A stretch of DNA of 64,000 nucleotides, taken from contig OZ257156.1 in the NCBI GenBank assembly GCA_965279375.1, positions 224,001 through 288,000 of the forward strand. Reading direction: 5' to 3'. A model generated the notes under the pieces. It made no database searches, was not told the origin of the DNA, and worked only from the letters and a program-made list of their open reading frames with translations. Numbering within the stretch: position 1 is the first letter of the stretch; every line of letters starts with the position of its first letter. The DNA is from Gemmatimonas sp. Lineage in GTDB: Bacteria; Gemmatimonadota; Gemmatimonadetes; Gemmatimonadales; Gemmatimonadaceae. This document shows positions 1 to 9,402 of this stretch, piece after piece. The translations under genes were made by a program, and so were the position numbers.

Positions 1-1571
1 GTCATCGCGGAATCGTAGTTCCCCGCCCTGCTGTACCCATTGGCGCGTGTGTAGGCGCGCAGGGCACCCAGCGACGCCGTGGTGACCTCCGGCAGCGGCC
101 GCACCGGTACGGACGATGTCAGCGATGCGCCGAGTCGGCGTTGCACGGCGCGCGAGAGCTTGTCGAGCGCAGGGAGCAGCGCTTCGTCGCTCTCCGCACT
201 CGACTGCTCAACGGATATCGGGGTGCCGGTCGCGACGTCGAGCACGCGCGCCGAAAGCGATCGCTGTGGCCCCAGTCGCGCGATCGATGGCACGACCACG
301 CGTCCAGCCCCGAGGCGCATGGCGATGTCGAGTGCCGTGCGCTCGTCGATGAACGTGCTGTCGGGAAGCCGCATGAGCTGCAACACTTCTCGTACCCGTT
401 CGCGCGGTACGACGTTGATCTGTGCCCCCTGCGCGAGCGTGACCCCCAAAGCCATCGTCACGGACGCCGACGTGACAGCGTCGCGCGCTGGATCCTGCGT
501 GTCGGCCACCAGCACCAGCGCGGGCGCCGATGACGCGCCGCGACGCGGACGAAGGACGACCCAGGCCGCGACGGCGACAAGAACGGCGGCGGCACCAACA
601 ACGATCGTCCCGAAGCGCCGCGACGACGAAACTGCGGCTGCAGTTGGCGACTTCACTGATGCGTGCGCAGTCGGCGCCACGCCCGTATCGGCGCCTGCGT
701 ACTCGCCCGCGCTCGCGCCTGTGCGCGCGACGGTGGCCACGACCTCCATCTCCGAGGCACGTCGGGCCGGCAGCGCCGCCATGGCCGCCGCGTGCTCGAC
801 GGAGAGAGCGTCCACGCGTGCATCCGGTTCGCTTTCGAACTCCGCATGCAAACGCGCCTTGAGTCGGCGATACCGTTCGATGGCGTCGCGCAACGCCGTG
901 CGGGTGCCGGGTGCGGCAATCGCCGCCAGCAGCGCAATTGCAGCGTCCGCATCCTCCACGTCCTCATCCAGCCACTGCTCACCCAGCGCCACGGCCTCAG
1001 TCGCGCGCCCCTCGGCCATCAATTGCGGCACCCGGGTTCGACACAGAGACACGAAGCAACCGGAAAGCCGCGCACGCTCGCGCGCCGTCCAGTCGTCGAA
1101 ACCGGGCGCGCGTTCCAGAAAGACGCCCGCGAGAAACGGCCCCGCGTAACACTCCACGGCACGCGCCGAGTCGCCGTTGGACAAGGCCGCTTCGAACTCG
1201 CGGACGTCGAAGCGAATCGGGCAGTGCGCCGCCAGCTCCACGTCCTGCACGCGCGAGGCGATGGCGTCTCGACCGAATGCCCGCCGGATGTGCGACAGCG
1301 CTTCGGCGAGATTGTGCCGCGCGCGTTCCGGCGGTTCCTCACTCCAGAAAAGCGTGGCCAGCAGCTCGCGAGAGACGGGTCTCGTCTGACCGGCGAGGTA
1401 GAGCAGCAGCGCGACCTTACGGCGTCGGCTGGCCAACTCCTGCAACGCACGCGCTTCGGTCTCGTTCGCATCGCTCCCGTCCAAGGGTTCGAGCGTGAGC
1501 CCGCCGAGCGCCCGCAGGAGCGCGCGCGGAGGAAGCGAGTTGGCTACTGCAGACGACAGCGGTTCGGTCAT
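1..1571 (-). CDS. SARP/AfsR-like transcriptional activator (wHTH + BTAD) with a downstream hydrophobic segment; runs off the left edge (partial)
   Basis: Absent from the ORF track because there is no stop in the window. Manual translation from ATG 1571 gives MTEPLSS...LLRALGGLTL...KVALLLYLA...VSRELLATLFWSEEPPERARHNLAEALSHIRRAFG...FDVREFEAAL...YAGPFLAG...FDDWTARER, the typical SARP/BTAD pattern. Confidence 0.85.
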   Translation of the reverse strand, partial: MTEPLSSAVANSLPPRALLRALGGLTLEPLDGSDANETEARALQELASRRRKVALLLYLAGQTRPVSRELLATLFWSEEPPERARHNLAEALSHIRRAFGRDAIASRVQDVELAAHCPIRFDVREFEAALSNGDSARAVECYAGPFLAGVFLERAPGFDDWTARERARLSGCFVSLCRTRVPQLMAEGRATEAVALGEQWLDEDVEDADAAIALLAAIAAPGTRTALRDAIERYRRLKARLHAEFESEPDARVDALSVEHAAAMAALPARRASEMEVVATVARTGASAGEYAGADTGVAPTAHASVKSPTAAAVSSSRRFGTIVVGAAAVLVAVAAWVVLRPRRGASSAPALVLVADTQDPARDAVTSASVTMALGVTLAQGAQINVVPRERVREVLQLMRLPDSTFIDERTALDIAMRLGAGRVVVPSIARLGPQRSLSARVLDVATGTPISVEQSSAESDEALLPALDKLSRAVQRRLGASLTSSVPVRPLPEVTTASLGALRAYTRANGYSRAGNYDSAM

Positions 1572-1787
1572 GCAGCGACGGAGCCGAGGAGGGCGAGGCG
1601 AACGCGGGAGTGATCCGAAGCGACGACGGCGTCATGGATATCAACGGGCCTCGAACGACGCTGTTGAAGATGACGCAAATCGTTCACGTGCAATGGCTTG
1701 AACCTGTTGATCCGGCGTTGAGGCCCGGTCCCAGATTGGCCCTCGTTTCGCGACCACGCTGTCACCGCGTCACCTGTCTCCGGAGGA

Positions 1788-2897
1788 ATGGTGTCTTCGT
1801 CCCTGTCCCAAATGAAGCACGCGCGTCGTCTCACCCGCCAGTTAGTTCTGTGCGGCGTGACAGCCGTTCTTGGCAGTCTCGCGCCTACTGCGGCTCAGGC
1901 ACAGGCGTGTGCCGCGGGGCTGCTGTCCACCTACATCAATCCGACTGGGCCGGGCGGCTGCAGCATCGGTGGGGTCAATCTCAGCTGGGGGCAATTCGGC
2001 CTCTTCACCATCGATCCGACCTCGATCTACGCCACACCGCTATCCGGTACTAACACGCAGGGGAGCTATTTCGGGTTCCGCCTCCAGTCGGCCGTGCAGG
2101 GCAAGCCGATGCTGTCGAGCTCGATCACGGCCGCAGACGTTCGGGTCGCGAATCCCAACTACGACCCGAACGACCCGTCCTTTGGGCCCGAGTTTCTTCC
2201 GCAGATCCGGCCAGCAAACTTCAGCAACGGGTTCCTGAGTTGGCGTTTCAACCATTCGCTGACGGCTCCGAACGCGCTCACGCGGCTGGAACTCACGACG
2301 AAGGGCACCCAGTCCTCGTCGGTCAGTCAGGCGCCCATCATGCCGTCGTATTTGCCGAATGGGGAGCCCGATGTGGGCACGGGTTGTGGCTGGAGCATCA
2401 CCGACCCGCTGACGGGACAGACCTATTCCGCGCTGCAGACGTGCGGCTTCTTCCGCTCGGCCAGCAACAATGCGCTGTGGCGGGAGATCCAGGACAACAC
2501 GTATGCGCAAACGGTGTGGAATCGCACGGGGCAGTACAACTACCCCGACTACCTGACTGCGTACTGCCTCGAGAACGGGGCCAGCGCCAACCAGTCCACG
2601 AACGATTGCACGTCGTACCAGGATCTGGCCGGCGTGAACTTCGGGAGCTTTGTCTCGCTGAACTTGTCGCAGAGCGCGGGAGCGATGCCGCTGTTTGCGC
2701 CGTCCACGGATCTCGGGCTCATCGACCCGAACGATCCGAACTTCGCGAACTACGGCGCCTCTGCGTCACTCGATGAGGCCGAATTCCGCATCTACTACCA
2801 GCAGACGAACATCGTGCCCGAGCCGAGCACCTGGGCGTTGATGGCCGCAGGACTGGGAATGGTCGGCGTGCTCGCTCGCCGTCGCCGCACGAGCTGA
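1788..2897 (+). CDS. PEP-CTERM sorting domain protein (exported, surface-anchored)
   Basis: N-terminal signal peptide (..LAPTAAQAQA); C-terminal VPEPSTWALMAAGLGMVGVLARRRRTS. Alternative start at ATG 1812. Confidence 0.9.
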   Translation: MVSSSLSQMKHARRLTRQLVLCGVTAVLGSLAPTAAQAQACAAGLLSTYINPTGPGGCSIGGVNLSWGQFGLFTIDPTSIYATPLSGTNTQGSYFGFRLQSAVQGKPMLSSSITAADVRVANPNYDPNDPSFGPEFLPQIRPANFSNGFLSWRFNHSLTAPNALTRLELTTKGTQSSSVSQAPIMPSYLPNGEPDVGTGCGWSITDPLTGQTYSALQTCGFFRSASNNALWREIQDNTYAQTVWNRTGQYNYPDYLTAYCLENGASANQSTNDCTSYQDLAGVNFGSFVSLNLSQSAGAMPLFAPSTDLGLIDPNDPNFANYGASASLDEAEFRIYYQQTNIVPEPSTWALMAAGLGMVGVLARRRRTS

Positions 2898-2917
2898 TTC
2901 GCCGAGCGCTGTGGTCT

Positions 2918-4213
2918 CTAGGGCAGCTGCGCGTCCATCCACATCACACGGGCGCGCAGCCAGTCCTTGAGGGCGATCAGCTCGCCGTCGTAACTGCCGA
3001 AGACCGCACGATTGGGCCACACCCATGTGTTGAGGATGGGCCAGCGATAGAAGTTCTCGATCTGTTCGAGCCGCAGCTGATCGCCCCGCTCAAAGACGGA
3101 CGACAACAACGCGTCGACGGTGCCGTTCTGACGAAGCGTGCGCCTGCGCGCCGTCACCTGTGCCGCAAACGCGGGATCCTCGAAGAGGCGCTTGAACCAC
3201 GGCGCCCCGCGGATGTACCAGCCGGAGGTCTGCTCGGCGCCGAGGTAGTTGACGTTGCCCATGGCGATGTCGAAATCCCAGACCGGACCGAACGTGAGCT
3301 TGCCGCCACGCGGCTTGTAGAGATAGGTGCTTAACCGCAGGTTGCCGTCGACGTTTTTAAACAGCTCCTGCAGCAGGTAGTAGTCCACCGCTGACGGCAC
3401 ATCGATCATGCTGGCGTAGCCTGTCTGCGCGTCGCGGAACTGTGCGCCGAAAATGGCACTGTCGGTCTGTGCGATGTACCGCGAGATGTAGGCGCGCTGC
3501 TTCTCCCACCCGGGCTCGAGCAGGGTCTCGGGCTCCTTCACGCAGAAGATCATCGGCGTCATGGTCGAACGGGGGCAGAAGGCTTCGCCGCTGCGTTCGT
3601 CCACTTCGATCAGGTAGCCGCCGGAGACATTCGTCGCACTCGTGTCGCTGGCCTTGAGCGACGCGATGTTGACGCGCTCGTCGGCAATGCGGATGTGCTC
3701 CACCAGCTGATACACGCCTTGATACACGCCGTTGAGTCGCACACTGACGAACTGTGCGCGCGGTGTCCAGGCGAAGACGAGCTTGCGACTCAGATCGAAC
3801 GCAAGCTGGTTGCGCAGCAGCGTCTTGTCCGAGTAGTTGGCGAGCAGCACCCAATGGCGGCTGCTGGGCATGCCGAGCATGGGCGCCGTCGCGCCGAGCT
3901 TGAGCCGGTACGGCTTCTTGGGCATGGTCCACGTGCTGTTGCCACGCCCACGAATCTCGAGTGCCCCGCGCGCGCTGCTGTCGCCGGTGGTAGTGACGAT
4001 GGCCCAGCGGCCGGGCACATACGTTTCCGTGGAGACGATGCTCGCGCCAAAGTCGGTCGTGATCCGGAGCGTGGGCAGCTGGAGCGCCGCGATTTCCGGC
4101 GTCAGCGGAGGCGCGGGCGTGGGGTCGGTGATCGGCGCGGGTTGCTGATCGGCGCGACAGCCAAGCAGAGACGCCGCGAGAGCAGCGAGCAGGAGCGATG
4201 TGCGAGCGTGCAT
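2918..4213 (-). CDS. CotH kinase family lipoprotein
   Basis: Motifs RGRGNSTW, KKPYRLKL, WVLLANYSDKTLLRN, GPVWDFDIAMGN; lipobox LLGC after ATG 4213. Confidence 0.88.
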   Translation of the reverse strand: MHARTSLLLAALAASLLGCRADQQPAPITDPTPAPPLTPEIAALQLPTLRITTDFGASIVSTETYVPGRWAIVTTTGDSSARGALEIRGRGNSTWTMPKKPYRLKLGATAPMLGMPSSRHWVLLANYSDKTLLRNQLAFDLSRKLVFAWTPRAQFVSVRLNGVYQGVYQLVEHIRIADERVNIASLKASDTSATNVSGGYLIEVDERSGEAFCPRSTMTPMIFCVKEPETLLEPGWEKQRAYISRYIAQTDSAIFGAQFRDAQTGYASMIDVPSAVDYYLLQELFKNVDGNLRLSTYLYKPRGGKLTFGPVWDFDIAMGNVNYLGAEQTSGWYIRGAPWFKRLFEDPAFAAQVTARRRTLRQNGTVDALLSSVFERGDQLRLEQIENFYRWPILNTWVWPNRAVFGSYDGELIALKDWLRARVMWMDAQLP

Positions 4214-4289
4214 GGGAAAAGAATACAGGGGAGACCATGGACTGGCCTCCCCCGTTTCGTGCTGCATGTCGCAGAGTGTTACGCCGAGA

Positions 4290-7200
4290 TCACATCTTCG
4301 GCGGGAACAGCTTGTCCAGCTCCTTCTTCACGGCGTCGAGTTCCGCCTTGAGTACCGTGTAGCGCGAGAGGGCGTCGCGGCCAACCTTCTGATCCACGCG
4401 CACCGTCATGCTGGACAGGTACTGAATGTGCGCCTGAATGCCCGGCTTTCCGTAGCGCACCGGCTGCGTGTTGAGCTTGCCGGAGAGTTCCTGCACCTTG
4501 GCCAGCGTGTCGGCCGCCGCGCCGGTCGCGCCCTTGAGTCGCGCTTCCTGCTGACGCGTGCGCGCCACCTGCGCGTTGGCATCGCTCACCAGCTCACGCA
4601 CCTTGCTGTTGTGCTGGTACTGCTCCTTGAGATCTGCAACCGTCACACCTTCGGCTTCGAGACGCGGATCCATCTTCACCGTGAACGCGACGGTCTGCGT
4701 GGTGCTACCGACGGTTAACCGCGCCTGATAGTTTCCCGGGGGCGCGCCGAGTCCGCTGGAGTGCTGCACGCCCCAGACGAAGCGATTCAGACCCGCAGCC
4801 TTAGTGACGACGTTGAGCGTCGGGCCGGCAGCACCGCCGCCAGGACGGCCGAACATCATCGCCGCTTCCGGGTCGTCCGGATCACCGCCACCACCACCGC
4901 CGCCACGACCACCACGACCTGCGGCCGGCGGCGGCGCATCGCTGCGATAGCTGTTCACTGGCGCGCCCTTCTCGTCGAGGATCTCGATCTTCACCGTGTC
5001 ACTCGGCGCGCTCGGGAGGAAGTACTCGAGCGTCGGGCTCAGGAACGCGGCACCCGCCTGCGTGCGATATCCGACGCGCGGCGAGTAGAGCGTGATCGCA
5101 CTGGCCGTCGTCTTGGGCGTGATCTGCTGCAGCGACGAGATGTTGTCGAGGATCCACATCGCGCGGCCCTGCGTCGCGACGACGAGGTCTCCGTTCTTGA
5201 TGCGGATGTCGTTGATCGGGACCTTGGGCATGTTCAGTTCGAACGGCTGCCAGTGTCCGCCGTTGTCGAACGAGATGTACAGGCCGAACTCCGTACCGGC
5301 GTACAGCAGCCCCGGACGCACGGGGTCTTCACGCACGACGCGCGTGGGCGCATCGGCAGGAATGCCGTTCTTGCCATCAGTGAGCTTGGTCCACGTCGCG
5401 CCGTAGTCGTCGGTGCGATAGAGGTACGGTGCGTAGTCGCCGAGCAGATAGCGGTACGCCGCGTAGTACGCCGTGCCCGCCTTGTGCGGCGATGCATCGA
5501 TCCACGCCACGCGTCCGCCGGTGGGCAGATCCTTCGGCGTGATGTTCTTCCACGTCTTGCCATTGTCGCGCGTGACATGGAACGGACCGTCGTTGGCACC
5601 GGTCCAGATGACACCGGCGGTCTTGGGAGACTCGCTGATCGCGTAGAGCGTGCTGTAGAACTCTTCGCCCGTCACGTCGCGCGTGATCGGCTCACCGCTC
5701 GCTCCCTGACAGCACTTGGGAAACGCCGTGAGATCCGGCGACATCTTCTCCCACGTCACGCCCTTGTCGCGTGAGCGATGCAGATACTGCGAGCCGTAGT
5801 AGATGATGCTCGGATCGTGCGGCGAGGTCGTCATCGGCGACACGCGCTGGAAGCGGAAGATCAGGTCCTGCCCCGCGTTGCCATAGAGCGACTGCCCACC
5901 AACCCAGTAGTTGCGCGACTGGCCTGTCTCGAAGCTCATGATGCTGAACTGACCTTTGCACGAGCCGTAGACGAGATCCTTGTTGCTCGGGTGCGGCAGG
6001 ATCGGCCCCGTTTCGCACCCCGGACCAACGCGCATCCCCTCGGTCACGAACGGGTCGCTCAGGCTGCTGAAGATGTACGTCGAGTTGTCCTGCTGCGCCG
6101 CGTAGATGCGATACGGGAACGCATTGTCCGTCGCGATGCCGTAGAACTCGGCCGTCGGCTGATTGCGCTGCGTGCTCCAGGTGCGACCGCCGTCGAACGA
6201 CACGTTGGCGCCGCCGTCATTCGACTGCACCATCGTGTTGCTGTTGTTCGGATTGACCCAGATGTCGTGGTTGTCGCCATGCGGCGTGCGCATGGTGACC
6301 ATCGTCTTGCCGCCGTCGGTGGACTTGAAGAACGACTCCGCGCCGGCGTAGACCACATCGGCGTTGCTCGGGTCGGTGCCCAGCGTGGTGTAGTAGAACG
6401 GGCGCTGCAGCAGCGCGCCGTTAGAGTTCATGAGCGTCCAGTTCGCGCCGGCGTCGTCGGAGCGATAGAGCCCGCCGCCCGGAAGCGCTTCAACCAGTGC
6501 GTAGATGCGCTGCGGATTGGCGGCAGTGACGCCAAGGTTCGCCTTGCCGATCAGATCCTTGGGCAGGCCGTTCATGCCGCGCGTCCACGTTTCGCCGCCG
6601 TCGGTGCTCTTGTAGAAGCCGCCTTCGCGCGAGCCGGAGATGATCGTCCACGGCTTGCGTTCGATGCGGTTCATCCAGGCGAAGAGGACGTTCGGATTGC
6701 CGGGCTGGATTTCAACATCCATGGCACCCGTGCTGTCGCTGACGAAGAGCGTCTTCTTCCACGACTTGCCGCCGTCGGTGGTCTTGTAGATGCCACGTTC
6801 GCTGCTGGGCTTGAAGATGTCGCCGTATGCCGCGACCCAGACGATGTCGGGGTTGGTGGGGTGAATACGGACCGCGCCGATCTGCCCGACGTTGTAGAGC
6901 CCCGCGAAATTCCACGTCGCACCGGCGTCAGTGCTCTTGTACACGCCGCGGCCGGTGGAGACGTTGCTGCGCACGCCGTCGGAGCCGGTGCCCAGATAGA
7001 CGACCTTTTCGTTGCTGGCCGCCACCGCGATAGAGCCGGAGGAGCCGAGTGGCACTTTGCCATCGGTGATGGGATTCCAGCTGACACCGCCGTCGGTGGT
7101 CTTGAAGACACCGCCGGAAGCGACGCCCATGTAGAACGTCTTGGGCTCGGAAGGAACGCCGGTGACGGTGGTGGCGCGACCGCCCACGGAGTGGCCGACC

Positions 7201-7379
7201 AGTCGGTACTTGAGGCCGCGGAAGAGCGTCGGGTCCACCGAGGCCATCATGGGGGCGGGGGCCGGCTTGGGCGCGGATGCGGCAGGCTTTGCGGGTGCCT
7301 GCGCGGCGAGGCCGGTGGGGCCGACCGCCGCGAAGGCCGCGGAGGTCAGAGAGAGCGTTCGGAGAAAGCGACTGGCCAT
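4290..7379 (-). CDS. VPS10/sortilin-like BNR (Asp-box) repeat protein, putative glycosyl hydrolase
   Basis: Signal peptide MASRFLRTLSL...AAQ; many Asp-box repeats (KTTDGGxSW, KSTDAGATW, RSDDAGANW, SFDNGGHW). Confidence 0.85.
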   Translation of the reverse strand: MASRFLRTLSLTSAAFAAVGPTGLAAQAPAKPAASAPKPAPAPMMASVDPTLFRGLKYRLVGHSVGGRATTVTGVPSEPKTFYMGVASGGVFKTTDGGVSWNPITDGKVPLGSSGSIAVAASNEKVVYLGTGSDGVRSNVSTGRGVYKSTDAGATWNFAGLYNVGQIGAVRIHPTNPDIVWVAAYGDIFKPSSERGIYKTTDGGKSWKKTLFVSDSTGAMDVEIQPGNPNVLFAWMNRIERKPWTIISGSREGGFYKSTDGGETWTRGMNGLPKDLIGKANLGVTAANPQRIYALVEALPGGGLYRSDDAGANWTLMNSNGALLQRPFYYTTLGTDPSNADVVYAGAESFFKSTDGGKTMVTMRTPHGDNHDIWVNPNNSNTMVQSNDGGANVSFDGGRTWSTQRNQPTAEFYGIATDNAFPYRIYAAQQDNSTYIFSSLSDPFVTEGMRVGPGCETGPILPHPSNKDLVYGSCKGQFSIMSFETGQSRNYWVGGQSLYGNAGQDLIFRFQRVSPMTTSPHDPSIIYYGSQYLHRSRDKGVTWEKMSPDLTAFPKCCQGASGEPITRDVTGEEFYSTLYAISESPKTAGVIWTGANDGPFHVTRDNGKTWKNITPKDLPTGGRVAWIDASPHKAGTAYYAAYRYLLGDYAPYLYRTDDYGATWTKLTDGKNGIPADAPTRVVREDPVRPGLLYAGTEFGLYISFDNGGHWQPFELNMPKVPINDIRIKNGDLVVATQGRAMWILDNISSLQQITPKTTASAITLYSPRVGYRTQAGAAFLSPTLEYFLPSAPSDTVKIEILDEKGAPVNSYRSDAPPPAAGRGGRGGGGGGGDPDDPEAAMMFGRPGGGAAGPTLNVVTKAAGLNRFVWGVQHSSGLGAPPGNYQARLTVGSTTQTVAFTVKMDPRLEAEGVTVADLKEQYQHNSKVRELVSDANAQVARTRQQEARLKGATGAAADTLAKVQELSGKLNTQPVRYGKPGIQAHIQYLSSMTVRVDQKVGRDALSRYTVLKAELDAVKKELDKLFPPKM

Positions 7380-7570
7380 GGCTGGGACTCGGTGGCAGAG
7401 AGCGTCGGCGGTACAACGGATCCAGTCCCGGCGCGGGGCACGAGACCGACTTGAACACCCACCAAATGTGCAGAGAGAGAGGGCATTGCAGCCAGTACAT
7501 TGAGGGCGGAAGAACGAGGCAGCGAGATCCCACGGCGATTGCCACCCACTATCGCGCAACTGAACGAGCC

Positions 7571-8263
7571 ATGGATTCCCACCAACATCGCGGTCGTAGT
7601 CATCAGGGGAGAGGACAGGCAGACCCGCAGGTCGGCACCCGTGTGGCGGACGCGTTCGCGGCACTGCGCCGCCGACTCTCGCGTGGCGCGGTCCTGGGGC
7701 TTCTGTCGCTGTGCGTGGCGCGTCCCGCCGCCGCACAGCCCGCGGACGCCTCGATCCCGATCCGTATCACCACCTCGCTCGGCACCATCGAGGCCACGCT
7801 CGACTCGGCCCACGCTCCCGTCACGGTCACCAATTTTTTGCGCTACATCGATGGGGGCTTTTTTCGCGGCGGCCGCTTCCACCGCACGGTCACGCTCGAC
7901 AACCAGCCGAACAACGCGGTCAAGATCGAAGTCATTCAGGGCGCGCCGGCGCGGGACAGCACGCGCCGCAACTTCCCGCCCATTCCCATGGAGCCCACCT
8001 CGGTGACGGGGCTACAGCACCTCGACGGCACGCTCTCGATGGCCCGTGCGGGACCGAATTCGGCCACGGCGGAGTTTTTCGTGTGCATCGGGGCGCAGCC
8101 CGCGCTCGATTTCGGCGGCGCGCGCAACGCCGACGGCCAGGGCTTCGCCGCCTTCGGGCAGGTGACGGCGGGCATGGACGTCGTGCGAGCCATTCAGCAC
8201 GCCTCGGCCGCTGGGCAGAACCTGACGCCCCCGATCGTCATCCTCGATATCATTCGACGGTAA
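7571..8263 (+). CDS. Cyclophilin-type peptidyl-prolyl cis-trans isomerase, exported
   Basis: APVTVTNFLRYI, FHRTV, IQG, HLDGTLSMARAGPNSATAEFFVCI, GFAAFGQV..GMDVV. Start uncertain (7571 or a nearby GTG). Confidence 0.88.
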   Translation: MDSHQHRGRSHQGRGQADPQVGTRVADAFAALRRRLSRGAVLGLLSLCVARPAAAQPADASIPIRITTSLGTIEATLDSAHAPVTVTNFLRYIDGGFFRGGRFHRTVTLDNQPNNAVKIEVIQGAPARDSTRRNFPPIPMEPTSVTGLQHLDGTLSMARAGPNSATAEFFVCIGAQPALDFGGARNADGQGFAAFGQVTAGMDVVRAIQHASAAGQNLTPPIVILDIIRR

Positions 8264-8302
8264 GCGCCGACGATCACCGATCGGCGTCGTCTCCAGTACT
8301 CG

Positions 8303-9184
8303 ATGTCAACCACGCCTCTCGTGTCCATCGTCTCCGAACTGCTCACACTCCTCGAGCTGGAACCCCTCGAGGTCAACATCTACCGCGGTGTAAACCGCGA
8401 CCTGGGCACCGGCCGAGTGTTTGGCGGTCAGGTGTTTGCGCAAGCGCTCGTGGCCGCGCGCCGCACGGTCGATGCGCCGCGCGAAGCGCACTCCGTGCAC
8501 GGCTACTTCCTGCGTGCCGGCGACCTCAAGGCACCGATCGTCTACTTCGTCGATCGCCCGCGCGACGGTGGCAGTTTCACCTCACGCCGCGTCACGGCGA
8601 TTCAGCATGGCGAGGCGATCTTCCATCTCTCCGCCTCGTTCCACGTGCACGAGGACGGACTCGAGCATCAGGCCACGATGCCCGATGTCGCGCCACCTGA
8701 AGCGTTCACGTCGGAGCTGGATATTCTGCGCGCGCGCGTCGACGAACTCCCGGCGAGCTTGCGTGGTGTGCTCACGCAGGACCGACCGCTCGACTTTCGC
8801 GCCGTGGTGCCGCACGACCCGATCACGCACATCCCGGGCGAGCCTCTGCGTCAGGTCTGGTTTCGCTGCATTGATCGCCTGCCCGACGAGCCGATCGTGC
8901 ATCAGGCCATCCTCGCCTACGCCTCGGACTACGGCATGCTGCCGACCGCGCTGCTGCCGCACGAGGTGTCGTATCGCGATCCACGACTGATGCTCGCGTC
9001 GCTGGATCACACGCTCTGGATGCACCGCGACTTCCGCGCGGACGATTGGCTGCTCTACTGCATCGACAGTCCGGCCGCGTATGGCGCGCGCGGCTTCGTG
9101 CGCGGACAGGTATTCACGCGCGAAGGCAAGCTTGTCGCGTCGGTGGCGCAGGAAGGACTGATGCGCGTTAGAGACGCTGGATAG
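8303..9184 (+). CDS. tesB: Acyl-CoA thioesterase II
   Basis: RVFGGQVFAQAL, HSVHGYFLR, RDGGSFTSRRVTAIQHG, LAYASDY, ASLDHTLWMH, VASVAQEGL. Confidence 0.93.
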   Translation: MSTTPLVSIVSELLTLLELEPLEVNIYRGVNRDLGTGRVFGGQVFAQALVAARRTVDAPREAHSVHGYFLRAGDLKAPIVYFVDRPRDGGSFTSRRVTAIQHGEAIFHLSASFHVHEDGLEHQATMPDVAPPEAFTSELDILRARVDELPASLRGVLTQDRPLDFRAVVPHDPITHIPGEPLRQVWFRCIDRLPDEPIVHQAILAYASDYGMLPTALLPHEVSYRDPRLMLASLDHTLWMHRDFRADDWLLYCIDSPAAYGARGFVRGQVFTREGKLVASVAQEGLMRVRDAG

Positions 9185-9226
9185 GCGCGGGTTTTTCCAA
9201 GGGGATTGAAGCGGATAAGAACAGAC

Positions 9227-9360
9227 GAACTGCTCGGCCACGGATACTGAACTGATAAAATACGGAAAAGCTCGCGGATACTACGAAACAACAATTGTTG
9301 TTTGCAGTATCCGCGAGCTTCCTCTGTTCCTATCTGCTTCTATCCGTGGCCGAGCAGTTC
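9227..9360. repeat. Long nested palindrome between convergent genes
   Basis: GAACTGCTCGGCCACGGATA 9227-9246 is the reverse complement of 9341-9360; AAGCTCGCGGATACT 9268-9282 of 9306-9320; central perfect palindrome AAACAACAATTGTTGTTT 9286-9303. Confidence 0.9.
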
Positions 9361-9402
9361 ATCCGCGCGTTTCCGCGCCAGTCGCTCAGGCAACGCCAAT
9401 CC

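Noticed and set aside
79..1613. Plus-strand ORFs 79-1149 and 663-1613
   Set aside because: They lie opposite the minus-strand SARP/BTAD gene, which has clear family motifs.
4228..4252. Small hairpins at 4228-4252, 42347-42378 and 63851-63880
   Set aside because: Probably ordinary terminators or stabilising stems; U-tracts weak or absent, so not called as features.
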